From the NCBI GenBank assembly GCA_963847445.1, contig CAWJZV010000002.1, positions 135,127 to 199,126 on the forward strand: DNA of 64,000 bases, in the 5' to 3' direction. A program made the position numbers and the translations under genes. A model generated the notes under the pieces. The model saw only the letters and a program-made list of their open reading frames with translations. It did not search any database and was not told where the DNA came from. This document shows positions 46,037 to 56,088 of this stretch, piece after piece; position 1 is the stretch's first letter, and every line of letters starts with the position of its first letter. This DNA comes from an uncultured delta proteobacterium (lineage in GTDB: Bacteria; Desulfobacterota; Binatia; UBA9968).

Positions 46037-47434
46037 CTATGGCTGCCAGCCGCCGCCGAGCGCCCGGTAAAGTTGCACGACGGCAGTCAGCTGCGCGCCC
46101 CGCGCGCGTGCAAGCAACAGCTCCTGATCGAAGAGCTGCTGGTCCGCGATCAGAATTTCCAAATAATTTGCCAGCCCGGTGTCATAGCGCAGGCGCGACA
46201 GCCGCGCGGAATTGGTCAGGGCCTGAACGCTGATTTCCAACTCAGCGCGCACGTCTTTGAATTTCTCGACGCCCACAAGCGCGTCGGCAACCTCGCGGAA
46301 ACCGTTCTGTGCGGCTTTCTGATATTGCGCCACCGCCTGGTCGAATCGAGCTTTAGTCGCTTCGTAGTTGTAAAAGATGCGCCAGCCCTGAAAAACCGGC
46401 TGCAGTATGCCGCCGCCAATTGACCAAACGGCGGCGCGCCGGTCGATTAGGTTCGAGAGCTCGTGGCTGGCGCTGCCGAGCGCCGCAGTCAATGAAAAAT
46501 TTGGAAAGAACAGCGCTTTGGCGGCGCCGATATTGGCATTGGCCGCCAGCAGCAAATCCTCGGCGCCCTTGACATCGGGCCGACGCTCAAGCAATGCCGA
46601 GGGTAATCCTGCGGGTATGCTTGGCGGGTAATATTGATCCGTCAAAGCCGCGCCCCGAGGAACGGTTCCGGGGTTGCGACCGAGAAGAAAATTGATGAGA
46701 TTTTCCTGCGTCGCGATCTGGCGTTCCAGCTCCGGGATCGTCGACGCCGTGCGCGAACGGTTGGCAATCGACTGATCGAACTCCAGCCGGTTTGAGACAC
46801 CGCCGTCGAGCCGCCTACGGTAAAATGCCACAGTCTCGTCGTTAACCCGGAGCGTGCGCCGGGCTATCTCCAGTTCCAAATCGAGCTCGCGCAAAATGAA
46901 ATAAGACTGAGCGACGTCGGCGACCAAGGTGATAAACACGCCGCGCTGCGCTTGCTCCGTGGCAAGAAAAACTCCGGTCGCCGCTTCCGCTTCGCGGCGA
47001 ATGCGGCCGAAGACATCGAGCTCCCAGGCCATGCCAAATCCGAGCAGCCAGTTTTGAAAAGTACGGTTAGCGCCGAACGCCTGCGGCGGCTCGCTGAGCC
47101 GCGAGACTTGTTGCGCGCTGCCGCCGCCGCTCACGTTCACCTGAGGAAATAGAAACGAACGGGCAACACCGATTTGGAACCTTGCTTCTTCGACGCGCGC
47201 GGCAGCCGTCTGCAAATCATAATTGTTCCTCAATGCCTCTCTGGTCAGTTCCTGTAACGCCGGATCCTTGAAAACTTCCCACCAGGGAAGATCGGCGATG
47301 GACTCCGCCGCGGGCGCGCCGGCGACTCCACGGTGATTATCGGGAATTAGCAGTTTGGGCCGGAGATAATCCGGTCCCAGTGTGCAACCGGGAAGGAGCA
47401 ACATAACGATGGCGGTCAATGCGGTTCGCTTCAT
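46037..47434 (-). CDS. RND efflux outer-membrane lipoprotein (NodT/OprM family)
   Basis: Lipobox LPGC; WWEVFKDPAL, WELDVFGRIRR, LLERRPDV and LYRALGGGW. Confidence 0.93.
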   Translation of the reverse strand: MKRTALTAIVMLLLPGCTLGPDYLRPKLLIPDNHRGVAGAPAAESIADLPWWEVFKDPALQELTREALRNNYDLQTAAARVEEARFQIGVARSFLFPQVNVSGGGSAQQVSRLSEPPQAFGANRTFQNWLLGFGMAWELDVFGRIRREAEAATGVFLATEQAQRGVFITLVADVAQSYFILRELDLELEIARRTLRVNDETVAFYRRRLDGGVSNRLEFDQSIANRSRTASTIPELERQIATQENLINFLLGRNPGTVPRGAALTDQYYPPSIPAGLPSALLERRPDVKGAEDLLLAANANIGAAKALFFPNFSLTAALGSASHELSNLIDRRAAVWSIGGGILQPVFQGWRIFYNYEATKARFDQAVAQYQKAAQNGFREVADALVGVEKFKDVRAELEISVQALTNSARLSRLRYDTGLANYLEILIADQQLFDQELLLARARGAQLTAVVQLYRALGGGWQP

Positions 47435-47435
47435 C

Positions 47436-50400
47436 TCAATGCGCTCCCTCGGCTGATGGCGTGGCGGGAACCGCGCCTGGAACCGTTTTCTTTTTCCTTC
47501 TCAAGCCTTCGACAAATGCGAAGTTGCCCGGGATCAGGAACACTCCCAGAAAGGTCGCAACCAACATGCCCCAAAAGACCGCTGTGCCCATGACGTTCTG
47601 CGCGCCGGCGCCGGCGCCGCTGGCGATCATCAGCGGCACGACACCCAGGATGAACGCAAACGCGGTCATGAGAATCGGCCGGAAGCGCAGCCGCGCGGAT
47701 TCCAGGGCGGCCTCCTGCACCGCCATGCCTTCATCGTGTTTCGCTTTGGCGAATTCGACGATCAGAATCGCGTTTTTGGCGGCGAGGCCGATCAGCATGA
47801 TGTTGCCGACTTGGACGTAAACGTTGTTGTCGTAGCCCATCAGCCAGACGCCGAAGAACGAGCCCAGGACGACAAGCGGCGAGCCAAGCAAAACTGCCCA
47901 GGGCAGGCGCCAGCTCTCATACATAGCGGCCAGGAGGAGAAACACGAAAACGATCGCGAGGCCTAAGGTCGGTCCCGCCGGCGGCGCGATTTTTTCCTGA
48001 TAGGAAAGACTGGAATAGGCGAAGCCCAGCTCCTTTGGCATGGTCTGCTTGAAGACTTCCTCCAGTGCAGCCAGGGACTGGCCAGAGGTATAACCGCGGC
48101 CAGACACGCCGTTGATCTCGACCGAGCGAAACAGGTTGAAACGCACCGTGATCTCGGTGCCGCCTTCAGAGGATATGGTAACCAGGGTGGAAAGCGGGAT
48201 CATCGCGTTGGTGGTGCGGCTGCGCACATAAATATCACCGATGTCTTTGGGCTTGCGGCGGTAGTCGGCCTCGGACTGCACGTAGACCCGGAACAGACGG
48301 CCGAATCGGTTGAAGTCATTGACGTAGCTGCCGCCCATGCTTGCCGACAGCGCTTGAAACGCTTCGTTGATCGGCACCCCGAGCTTGCGCGCTTTCTCGC
48401 GGTCGAGATCGACTTTGACCTGGGGGTAGCGCGGATCGAAAGAGGTGAACAGGTTGCCGAGCTCAGGCCGCTTTCGCGCCGCGTCCATGAACTGACGGGT
48501 ATAGTCGCCGAGCTGCTGCACGGTGAGCGCGCCGCTACGATCCTGCAACAAAAAGTTAAAGCCGGCCGACGCGCCAAAGCCGGAGATCGTCGGAATGTTG
48601 AATGGAAAGACGATCGCCTCCGAAATATTCGCCACCTGCCGCTGCAAACTAGCCATGATGCCGCGCACATGGAGCGCATCGGAAGAGCGCTCATCCCACG
48701 GCTTCATCCGGACGAAAATCGTGCCGAAGTTGGGTTGATAGGTGCTAGTGACCACGCCGTAGCCGCCAATGGTCGAGAAAGAGTCGACGCCTTCGGTTTT
48801 GGCCAGGATCTGCTCGACCTGGGTTAGCACCCTGCCCGTGCGTTCGAGAGACGCCGCCGGCGGCAGCGTGACGTTGACACCGAAGATGCCTTGGTCTTCT
48901 TCGGGAATGAAGCCCGCGGGCAGCGCGGCGCCGAAAAGGCCGGCGCCGACCGCCACCGCGGCGACAATGACGATGGTAAGTATCGACCGTCGCACCAGCA
49001 GTTGTACGACGCCCATGTATGAGTTCGTGGTGCGATCGAATACGCGGTTGAACCAGCCGAAGAATTTTCCTAGCGGGCCTCTGGCCGGGCCGTGGTGCGG
49101 CTTGAGCAGCATGGCGCAGAGGGCCGGCGCGAGCGACAACGCGGCGAATGCCGAGAGCAACACCGATATGGCGATGGTCAAGGCGAATTGCTTGTACATC
49201 TGTCCGGTCAGGCCGCCCAGGAAAGCCACCGGGACGAAGACAGCCGATAGGATAAGCGCGATGCCGATAACCGGAGCTGAGACTTCCTTCATCGCCTGGA
49301 TGGTCGCTTCCTTCGGGTTCAGCCCATGCTCGATGTGATGCATCACCGCTTCGACCACGACGATGGCGTCGTCGACGACGATGCCGATGGCGAGCACCAG
49401 GCCGAACATCGAAAGCGTGTTCACCGAGAAACCGAGCATCGGGAAAAAAATGAACGTGCCGATCAGCGACACAGGCACGGTCAGGAGCGGGATGATCGTC
49501 GCGCGCAGGTTTTGCAGAAAAATAAAAACCACCAGCGTGACCAGGATGATCGCCTCGATGAAAGTATGGACGATGCCTTCGATGGAGGCATTGACCGCCG
49601 GCGTTGTGTCATAGACGATTTTGTAGTCCATGTCGGGCGGAAACAGCGCTTTAGACTGACGCAGCGTCTCATAGATCGCTTCGGAGGCCTTGAGCTGGTT
49701 TGCCCCCGGCAGCAGATAGATGGCCATCGTGCCGGATGGCTTGCCGTCGAGCCGTCCAAACGAGTCGTAGTTCTGCGAGCCGAGCTCGGCGCGCCCGACG
49801 TCCTTGACGCGGATCTGCGCGCCAGTCTCGGTCTGACGGAGAATGATGTTCTCAAACTCCTCAGGGTTGACGAGCCGCCCGGGGGCGCTCACCGTATAGG
49901 TAAACTCCTGGTCTTTCGGTGTCGGCGCGGCGCCGACGCGCCCGGCTGGCGCCTGCAAGTTCTGCTCTTTAATTGCCGAGATAACATCGGCAGGCGTGAG
50001 CGCAAGTTTGGCCAGCTTGTCGGGGCGCAGCCAAATGCGCATGCCATAATCGGCGCCGCCGAAAAGGTCGACCTGGGCGATGCCGGGGATGCGCAGCAGC
50101 TGATCGCGCAGATTGATGCCGCTATAGTTGGTCAAAAAGTTCGCATCGTAGCTCCCCTTGGGCGAGTGCACGGAGATCAGCATCAAAATGCTCGGGCTCT
50201 GTTTTTTGACCGTAACACCCTGCTGGACCACCTCCTGCGGCAGCCGTGCCTGCGCCGACGAGACCCGGTTTTGCGTCAGCACGTTTGCCGTGTCCTGGTC
50301 GACGCCGACTTCGAAGTTGACGTCGAGCTGCATGCGGCCGTCGCTGGTGTTCGACGACTTCATGTAAATCATCCTGTCGACGCCGTTGACTTCCTGCTCG

Positions 50401-50594
50401 ATCGGCGTCGCCACCGATTGCTCCACCGCCACCGCGGAAGCGCCCGGGTAGGTCGCCGTGACTCGAATCGACGGCGGCGCCAGGAAGGGATACTGCTCGA
50501 TGGAGAGACCGGTGAGACTGAACAGTCCCATTAGAACCATTAGGATCGAAATGACGATGGCGACGATGGGCCGGCGGATGAAAAAGTTTGCCAT
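47436..50594 (-). CDS. HAE1 family RND efflux permease
   Basis: FFIRRPIVA, LAIGIVVDDAIVVVE, GLAAKNAILIVEFA and RFRPILMT. Confidence 0.95.
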   Translation of the reverse strand: MANFFIRRPIVAIVISILMVLMGLFSLTGLSIEQYPFLAPPSIRVTATYPGASAVAVEQSVATPIEQEVNGVDRMIYMKSSNTSDGRMQLDVNFEVGVDQDTANVLTQNRVSSAQARLPQEVVQQGVTVKKQSPSILMLISVHSPKGSYDANFLTNYSGINLRDQLLRIPGIAQVDLFGGADYGMRIWLRPDKLAKLALTPADVISAIKEQNLQAPAGRVGAAPTPKDQEFTYTVSAPGRLVNPEEFENIILRQTETGAQIRVKDVGRAELGSQNYDSFGRLDGKPSGTMAIYLLPGANQLKASEAIYETLRQSKALFPPDMDYKIVYDTTPAVNASIEGIVHTFIEAIILVTLVVFIFLQNLRATIIPLLTVPVSLIGTFIFFPMLGFSVNTLSMFGLVLAIGIVVDDAIVVVEAVMHHIEHGLNPKEATIQAMKEVSAPVIGIALILSAVFVPVAFLGGLTGQMYKQFALTIAISVLLSAFAALSLAPALCAMLLKPHHGPARGPLGKFFGWFNRVFDRTTNSYMGVVQLLVRRSILTIVIVAAVAVGAGLFGAALPAGFIPEEDQGIFGVNVTLPPAASLERTGRVLTQVEQILAKTEGVDSFSTIGGYGVVTSTYQPNFGTIFVRMKPWDERSSDALHVRGIMASLQRQVANISEAIVFPFNIPTISGFGASAGFNFLLQDRSGALTVQQLGDYTRQFMDAARKRPELGNLFTSFDPRYPQVKVDLDREKARKLGVPINEAFQALSASMGGSYVNDFNRFGRLFRVYVQSEADYRRKPKDIGDIYVRSRTTNAMIPLSTLVTISSEGGTEITVRFNLFRSVEINGVSGRGYTSGQSLAALEEVFKQTMPKELGFAYSSLSYQEKIAPPAGPTLGLAIVFVFLLLAAMYESWRLPWAVLLGSPLVVLGSFFGVWLMGYDNNVYVQVGNIMLIGLAAKNAILIVEFAKAKHDEGMAVQEAALESARLRFRPILMTAFAFILGVVPLMIASGAGAGAQNVMGTAVFWGMLVATFLGVFLIPGNFAFVEGLRRKKKTVPGAVPATPSAEGAH

Positions 50595-50597
50595 GGC

Positions 50598-51836
50598 CTA
50601 TTTTCCCCCCGCTCCCTTGGCCTTGCTCTCGGCAGGCGGCGCACTTGCGGGAGGCGCACTTGCCGGCGGAGAAGGTGCTTCTTCGAGCTTCACCGTCTTG
50701 GCGCTGACCTGCACGCCGGGCTTCACCTTTTGCAGCCCTTCGACGATGACCTTTTCGCCCGGCTTCAGTCCTGAATCGATGACCCAGAGATTGCCGACCC
50801 GTTCGCCGGCTTTGACCATGCGCTGCTCCACCGTAGCATCCGGCTTCACCACCATGACGCTGTAGAGCCCTTGAATCTCCTGCACTGCGAGTTGGGGCAC
50901 CAACAGGGCGTCTTCTTTGAAATCGGTTACGAACCGGGCTTTCCCATACTGGCCTGGGCGGAGAACGCGCTGAGGATTGGGAAAGCTGAACTGCCCCGTC
51001 AGGGTGCCCGTGGCAGAGTCCACCGCCCGCTCAATCGCATCTAGCTTTCCTTTGTGCGAATGCACGGTTCCGTCCGCAAGGATCAGTTCGACGCCGAGAT
51101 TTTTCGCGCGGGAATTATCTTTACCGGCGCCGTCGCGCGCGAGTCTTAGATATTCCGCCTCGGCGATCGCGCAGCGGAACAAAATCGGATTGACCTGCGA
51201 GATGGTGTTGAGCAGCGTATTTTCACCGCGCCCGACCAAGGCGCCGACTTTCTTCTGCGTCGTGCCGATAAGCCCGTCAACCGGCGAAGTAACTGTCGTG
51301 TACGCGAGTTCGAGTTTGGCCTTGGCAACCAGGGCATCGTAAGCCGTGACCTGAAACCGCGCCGCCTCTTGAGCCGACAACGCATTGTCCAATTCCTGTT
51401 GACTTACCGCCTTCTGCTCGGCCAGCGGTTTGTATCGGGCAACATCGTTATTGGTCTTATCCAGGCGCGCCTGAGCCGTCGCCATGTTGGCCTGGGCTTG
51501 AGCCAATGCCGCCTCAAGCTGCTGCGGGTCGATCTTATAGAGGAGTTGGCCTTTTTTAACGAATGAACCCTCGGTGAAGTTGACGGAAGCAACGTAACCT
51601 TCCACGCGCGCACGGATCTCCACATCCTCCGAGCCCAGTGTGGCGCCGACCAGCTCGATATAAATGGGAACATCCTTCTGCACGACTTCGGTTACCTGGA
51701 CCTCAGGCGGCGGCGGTGGCGGCGGAGCCTCCTGCTTAGAACAGCCGACACCGACGGCTAGGAAAAGGCAGGGAACTAGCATCGACGATAACTTGACGGA
51801 CAGCCGTTGAATCAACTCGCAACTCTTAAAATTCAC
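50598..51836 (-). CDS. RND efflux periplasmic adaptor (MFP) lipoprotein
   Basis: GVGC lipobox; VEIRARVEG, VKKGQLLYKIDP, SPVDG and LRPGQY. Confidence 0.93.
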   Translation of the reverse strand: MNFKSCELIQRLSVKLSSMLVPCLFLAVGVGCSKQEAPPPPPPPEVQVTEVVQKDVPIYIELVGATLGSEDVEIRARVEGYVASVNFTEGSFVKKGQLLYKIDPQQLEAALAQAQANMATAQARLDKTNNDVARYKPLAEQKAVSQQELDNALSAQEAARFQVTAYDALVAKAKLELAYTTVTSPVDGLIGTTQKKVGALVGRGENTLLNTISQVNPILFRCAIAEAEYLRLARDGAGKDNSRAKNLGVELILADGTVHSHKGKLDAIERAVDSATGTLTGQFSFPNPQRVLRPGQYGKARFVTDFKEDALLVPQLAVQEIQGLYSVMVVKPDATVEQRMVKAGERVGNLWVIDSGLKPGEKVIVEGLQKVKPGVQVSAKTVKLEEAPSPPASAPPASAPPAESKAKGAGGK

Positions 51837-51909
51837 AATCGCCCTCCAAACTATGTCTGTGACCGCGATCTTAATTAGCGAATCTACCTAAGAACAGTAA
51901 GCTTTGCTA

Positions 51910-51925
51910 TTGGACTTTGGTCCAA
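51910..51925 (-). promoter_or_regulatory. Palindromic TF box, copy 3, upstream of the RND operon
   Basis: ttggactttggtccaa. TAGATT lies 23 nt downstream on the minus strand. Confidence 0.72.
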
Positions 51926-51938
51926 GCTTCGACAATTC

Positions 51939-52013
51939 TTAATAGCGCAGCCAAGTGCGCGCCTCGCTCAGACGCGACGCAGTGAAAAACTCGATCGCCA
52001 ATGGCAGATTGCC
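51939..52013 (-). pseudogene. 3' remnant of a SpoIIAA-like (STAS/SEC14) gene
   Basis: LAIEFFTASRLSEARTWLRY*; homologous at DNA level to 63536-63597. Confidence 0.55.
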
Positions 52014-52037
52014 TCCGAGGTCTAGATTTTAATTGCA

Positions 52038-53468
52038 TCACAGCAACGGGAAATCGTAGTTAAGAATAAATCGATAATCGTGCTGGCTGTTTTTGGGGCT
52101 TTGATACTGATGCACTCGGGAGTAACGGAATCGCCACGAGAATCCCTTGAGGAAACTCCATTTGGGCCGCCACTGAAGATCGGCGTTAAATTCGTTTTCA
52201 TCGGCGACGCCGGCCTTCGTCGATGGATTGACTCTACCCCAGCCATGAACGAAAAGTGCGTAGGCGGACACCCCTTCCAGCCCAAGACGAGAGAAGTCGT
52301 AAGATAATTTGGTGATAACGGCTTGTTCTTCCGCCCGATTGAAATCCTGTACCTGGACACTGGTGTAACCCGGATAGCCGCTCCACGGGCTTTGCATGTC
52401 ATCGCTGCGTAAAGTGTTGCTGTAACCGAGCGTGAAAACCGCGCCCCCATAACTCACATCGCCCTTCACGCCGACCTGATTGGTGGCGAACGAGCGACCA
52501 TTAAGGCGTTCCTTCCCGACACTGCGCTGATCGGAAATTTGGAAAGCCACCAACGCGCCGAGCTCCTTGGTGATGGGAAAGCTGTACTTGGTCTCGCTGT
52601 AGAAAATATTGATGATGTCGTTGGAATAGTAGTTGACAGCGCCGAGGGAAAACTTACCGTAGGTGAATGTGCCGCCCGCCACTGCGACGCCGCGCTCCAC
52701 GTCGGCGCCGGCGTCCTTCGACATCCAGACGAAGTCATCCGAGTTGCGCTCTTTGATCTTGGTGATGTAGCCGCCGCCGTAGCGGAATCCCGGTGCGCCG
52801 TCCTTGCCGCCAAAATTTCCCTGCAGTGTGTACCCTTCAAACGTGTTCGGCGTCATCCGGCTATCGTTCTTGCCGATGAATGGCGTGTTGTATTCGTACC
52901 GATACAGATTGACAACGTGATCTTCAAAAAGTTTTACCCGTCCATAGAGCTGGCCCAGCACGCTGTAACCATGCTGGCCCGGCTTGAGCAGCAGCGTGCC
53001 ATCCTTATCCTGCGGACCATAGAGGTTTTCCGACCAATAGAATGTCGTGCCAACCATCAGCCGATCAAGCAGCCAGCCGGACTGGTACGCCAGCGCGCCG
53101 CCCATCGCCCAGGCCGCGCTGACGCTGTCGTCGAACTTGTCGCGCTTGAAGTAGTAGCTGCGCAGATTGATGTCGAGCTTGGTATCGCGAAAAAACGCCG
53201 GCGTGTCCTTCAATTGGTCCTTGAGCCAGGGAAAAAATCCTGGCCGGGGAATTTTTTCAATGAAGGAGCGCTCGATGGGCGTGGAAATTTCATCGACCGA
53301 AGATGGCGTAGGTTCTTCCTGTGAGATCACCTCCTGCGCCCAACTCCGTGAAGCCGAGCCGAACAGCAGGAACAGGATCAGCGGCATCGTTAGAAATCCA
53401 AACATCGCGAGCGGCGCTAGCCGGCGCCCAATTGATAAAACCATCAATCGCCCTTTTTGCTCATTCAT
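52038..53468 (-). CDS. OprD-family outer-membrane porin
   Basis: Signal peptide; NLRSYYF, NDSRMTPNTFEG, DFNRAEE and C-terminal RFILNYDF beta-strand. Confidence 0.85.
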   Translation of the reverse strand: MNEQKGRLMVLSIGRRLAPLAMFGFLTMPLILFLLFGSASRSWAQEVISQEEPTPSSVDEISTPIERSFIEKIPRPGFFPWLKDQLKDTPAFFRDTKLDINLRSYYFKRDKFDDSVSAAWAMGGALAYQSGWLLDRLMVGTTFYWSENLYGPQDKDGTLLLKPGQHGYSVLGQLYGRVKLFEDHVVNLYRYEYNTPFIGKNDSRMTPNTFEGYTLQGNFGGKDGAPGFRYGGGYITKIKERNSDDFVWMSKDAGADVERGVAVAGGTFTYGKFSLGAVNYYSNDIINIFYSETKYSFPITKELGALVAFQISDQRSVGKERLNGRSFATNQVGVKGDVSYGGAVFTLGYSNTLRSDDMQSPWSGYPGYTSVQVQDFNRAEEQAVITKLSYDFSRLGLEGVSAYALFVHGWGRVNPSTKAGVADENEFNADLQWRPKWSFLKGFSWRFRYSRVHQYQSPKNSQHDYRFILNYDFPLL

Positions 53469-53505
53469 CGCACTCACCTCCAACAAATTTGGATTACTCG
53501 AACCT

Positions 53506-54312
53506 TTAACCACGTTCTTCCCAGACCAAAGGCGGGCTCTGCCAGTCGAATCGAATCGCTAAAACACGCAAAAAAAATGTCGTGGCAATCGCCACCAGCG
53601 CGGCGGTTTGAACCTCCATGCGCGGCCAAAAAACCAGTGAGACAAACAGTGCCGAGCCGACCGCCGCCGTCAGCGCATAGAACTGGCCAGGCTTGAATAA
53701 CAGTGGAACTTCCCGGGTGAGCACATCCCGCAACAACCCGCCGCCGACCGCGTTAACGACTCCAACGAGAATCGCCGAACCGATCGGCAGTCCCCGGTCG
53801 AGCGATTTCTGCGCGCCGACGACCGCGTAAATGCCCAAACCGAGGGCATCCACCAGAGATAAAATTAAACCGTAGGTCTTTGCCAGGTGCCGCTCTAAAT
53901 TGATTCGTTCGAAAATGCTCTTGCGACCGGACCCGGCTTGCGGACCGCTTGACAGCGGCTGCAGTTGGTCCAGCGATGCTGACGTTTCACTGTTAGGCCC
54001 CGGCACGACGCTAAGGATACGCCGGACCGCGGGCACGAAGCGGCCAGTCACAATAGTCAACAGAACCGCCAACGTGACCAGCGGCAAATAATAAACATTG
54101 GTGATCGCCACCGGCGGGCCGGACGAGATAAAAACTCCGTCCCGCACCAGGCCGCCGCCCAAGGCTGTGGCAAACGCCAGGGCGAAAACTCCTATGATAT
54201 CGTAACGGCGCCGCATGCCGGCTAACGCACCGGTAATTGCGAACAGGAATGTTGCCGTCAAATCGAAGGCAACCGCTAGATGAAATTCGCCGCTTAAAGT
54301 TATCGCGCCCAT
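53506..54312 (-). CDS. TRIC/UPF0126 (YadS-like, glycine transporter family) membrane protein
   Basis: Two repeats: FAITGAL...TALGGGLVRD and DALGLG...NAVGGGLLRDVL. Confidence 0.88.
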   Translation of the reverse strand: MGAITLSGEFHLAVAFDLTATFLFAITGALAGMRRRYDIIGVFALAFATALGGGLVRDGVFISSGPPVAITNVYYLPLVTLAVLLTIVTGRFVPAVRRILSVVPGPNSETSASLDQLQPLSSGPQAGSGRKSIFERINLERHLAKTYGLILSLVDALGLGIYAVVGAQKSLDRGLPIGSAILVGVVNAVGGGLLRDVLTREVPLLFKPGQFYALTAAVGSALFVSLVFWPRMEVQTAALVAIATTFFLRVLAIRFDWQSPPLVWEERG

Positions 54313-54316
54313 GGTT

Positions 54317-56020
54317 TCAGTTCCCCGCCGACATCAATGCGACGATGACCGGTCCCCAGGCCGTCAGCACAATGTTGCCGACAGCGTAAGGCACCGTGTA
54401 GCCCAACGCGGGCAGCTTGCTCTGCGCCTCGTCTTGGATCGCGCGCAGCGCGGCGGTCATCGTGCCGGCCCCGGAGCAGGCACCCAAGAGAATGAGCGGA
54501 TTCATCTTCAGCACATATCGACCAAAGAGAATCGCCACCGCGTGGGGCAGCACGGCCGCGACAAAACCGACGAACACCAGGCTGATGCCCGACTTCTGCA
54601 GGCCGGAAATAAAGCTCGGCCCCGCAGTCAAGCCGACCACGGCGATGAAGACGCTCAAGCCAACCATGTCGAAAACCCACATCGCCGCCTCGGGAATGCG
54701 GCCGACCGCGGGAAACACCGAGCGCAGCCAACCGAATACTAACCCCATGATGAGAGCGCCGCCGCTGGCGGTGAGCGTGATCGGCAGTCCGGCGATATTC
54801 ACGGTAAGCAGGCCAACCAACCCGCCGAGCACGATGCCGGTGCCGACGAATACCATGTCCGTCGCGCTACTCGGCCAGTCCGCATAACCGATCACAGCTA
54901 CGGCGCGATCGACATCGCGTTTGGCGCCCACCAGGCTCAACAAGTCGCCGCGTTCAACCTGCATCGTTGGACTAACGGGCATCTCCTGTCCGGCGCGCGT
55001 TAGCTTACGCAGAAAGACGCCGCGAAACTGCGTCCGCCAGGGTTCCGATTTGCTGAGTTCAGCAAGAGGTTTATCGACGAGAGCCTTATTCGTTACCACT
55101 ACATCCAAAAACTCAACTGGAAAATCGAGCAACTCTTTGTCGTCGACTTCGGGACCAACCACGCTGCTGCGCTCAACTAGAACCTCGGCCTTTGCCATCA
55201 CTACGATCACATCTCCCTGATGAACGATGGTGTTAGGCTCAGGATCGATGATCGTGTCGCCGCGACGGATGCGCTGAATGAACACTCTGAACTCTTGCGG
55301 CATCGCTTCGAGCTCTTTGACGGTCCTGTTGAAGATCTTTTCGTTGGTCACGCGGTAGGCGCGCACATCAAAAGAGCGTGAGGGAGACATGATTCCCGGC
55401 TGTGTCTCTGTTCCGCCGGACACCTGCGCCTGCATTTTCTTGGCCTCGTCCTTGAGATTGATGCCCATCAGCTTCGGTCCAATGTTCGGCAGGAACCAGA
55501 CAACCGCCGTGGTTCCGACCAGATAGGTTACGGCATAGGCAACCGGGATATTATTGAGCAGACGCGCTTTCTCTTCTGCCGAAATCGCCAGGCGGTTTAT
55601 CGCGTCGCCGGCCGTGCCGATCACGGTGGACTCGGTAAACGCTCCCGCCAGCAAGCCGGCTGCCGTGCCGATGTCGTAACCAAGGAGTTTCGCCGCGACG
55701 AACGCCGTAGCGAGACAAGTGGTGCAAAGAACCAACGTGAGCGCCATTTGCGACAGCGCATCTTTCTTGAGGCCGCGAAAAAATTGCGGTCCGACTTTGT
55801 AGCCGGTGGTAAACAGGAACAGATCGAAAAATACCGTCTTGACGAGCGCCGGGACTTTGATGTCGAGCTGGCCGATCAAGACGCCCGCGAAGAGAGTTCC
55901 AACGACGGTCCCTAGACTAAAGCCGCCGATCTTAATTTTACCGATAGAAAATCCGATGGCCAGCGCGAGGAAGATAGCCAGTTCCGGATTTTGCTGCAGG
56001 GCCTTAATAAAATAATCCAT
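54317..56020 (-). CDS. aspT: Aspartate:alanine antiporter family (AspT/YidE/YbjL) protein
   Basis: LFLFTTGYKVGPQFF, AYAVTYLVG, two TrkA-C domains and PALGYTVPYAVGN. Confidence 0.85.
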   Translation of the reverse strand: MDYFIKALQQNPELAIFLALAIGFSIGKIKIGGFSLGTVVGTLFAGVLIGQLDIKVPALVKTVFFDLFLFTTGYKVGPQFFRGLKKDALSQMALTLVLCTTCLATAFVAAKLLGYDIGTAAGLLAGAFTESTVIGTAGDAINRLAISAEEKARLLNNIPVAYAVTYLVGTTAVVWFLPNIGPKLMGINLKDEAKKMQAQVSGGTETQPGIMSPSRSFDVRAYRVTNEKIFNRTVKELEAMPQEFRVFIQRIRRGDTIIDPEPNTIVHQGDVIVVMAKAEVLVERSSVVGPEVDDKELLDFPVEFLDVVVTNKALVDKPLAELSKSEPWRTQFRGVFLRKLTRAGQEMPVSPTMQVERGDLLSLVGAKRDVDRAVAVIGYADWPSSATDMVFVGTGIVLGGLVGLLTVNIAGLPITLTASGGALIMGLVFGWLRSVFPAVGRIPEAAMWVFDMVGLSVFIAVVGLTAGPSFISGLQKSGISLVFVGFVAAVLPHAVAILFGRYVLKMNPLILLGACSGAGTMTAALRAIQDEAQSKLPALGYTVPYAVGNIVLTAWGPVIVALMSAGN

Positions 56021-56088
56021 AGTTGTTAGCTCCCGATGGTCATAGTCGCGTCATCAGCGTATGGCATATTTAGCAGTGCCAGTCGTCG

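Noticed and set aside
51926-52013. Repeated 90-bp segment as a riboswitch or ncRNA
   Set aside because: It lies upstream of the inferred promoter and is better explained as SpoIIAA-like coding remnant, since both copies translate to the same C-terminus.
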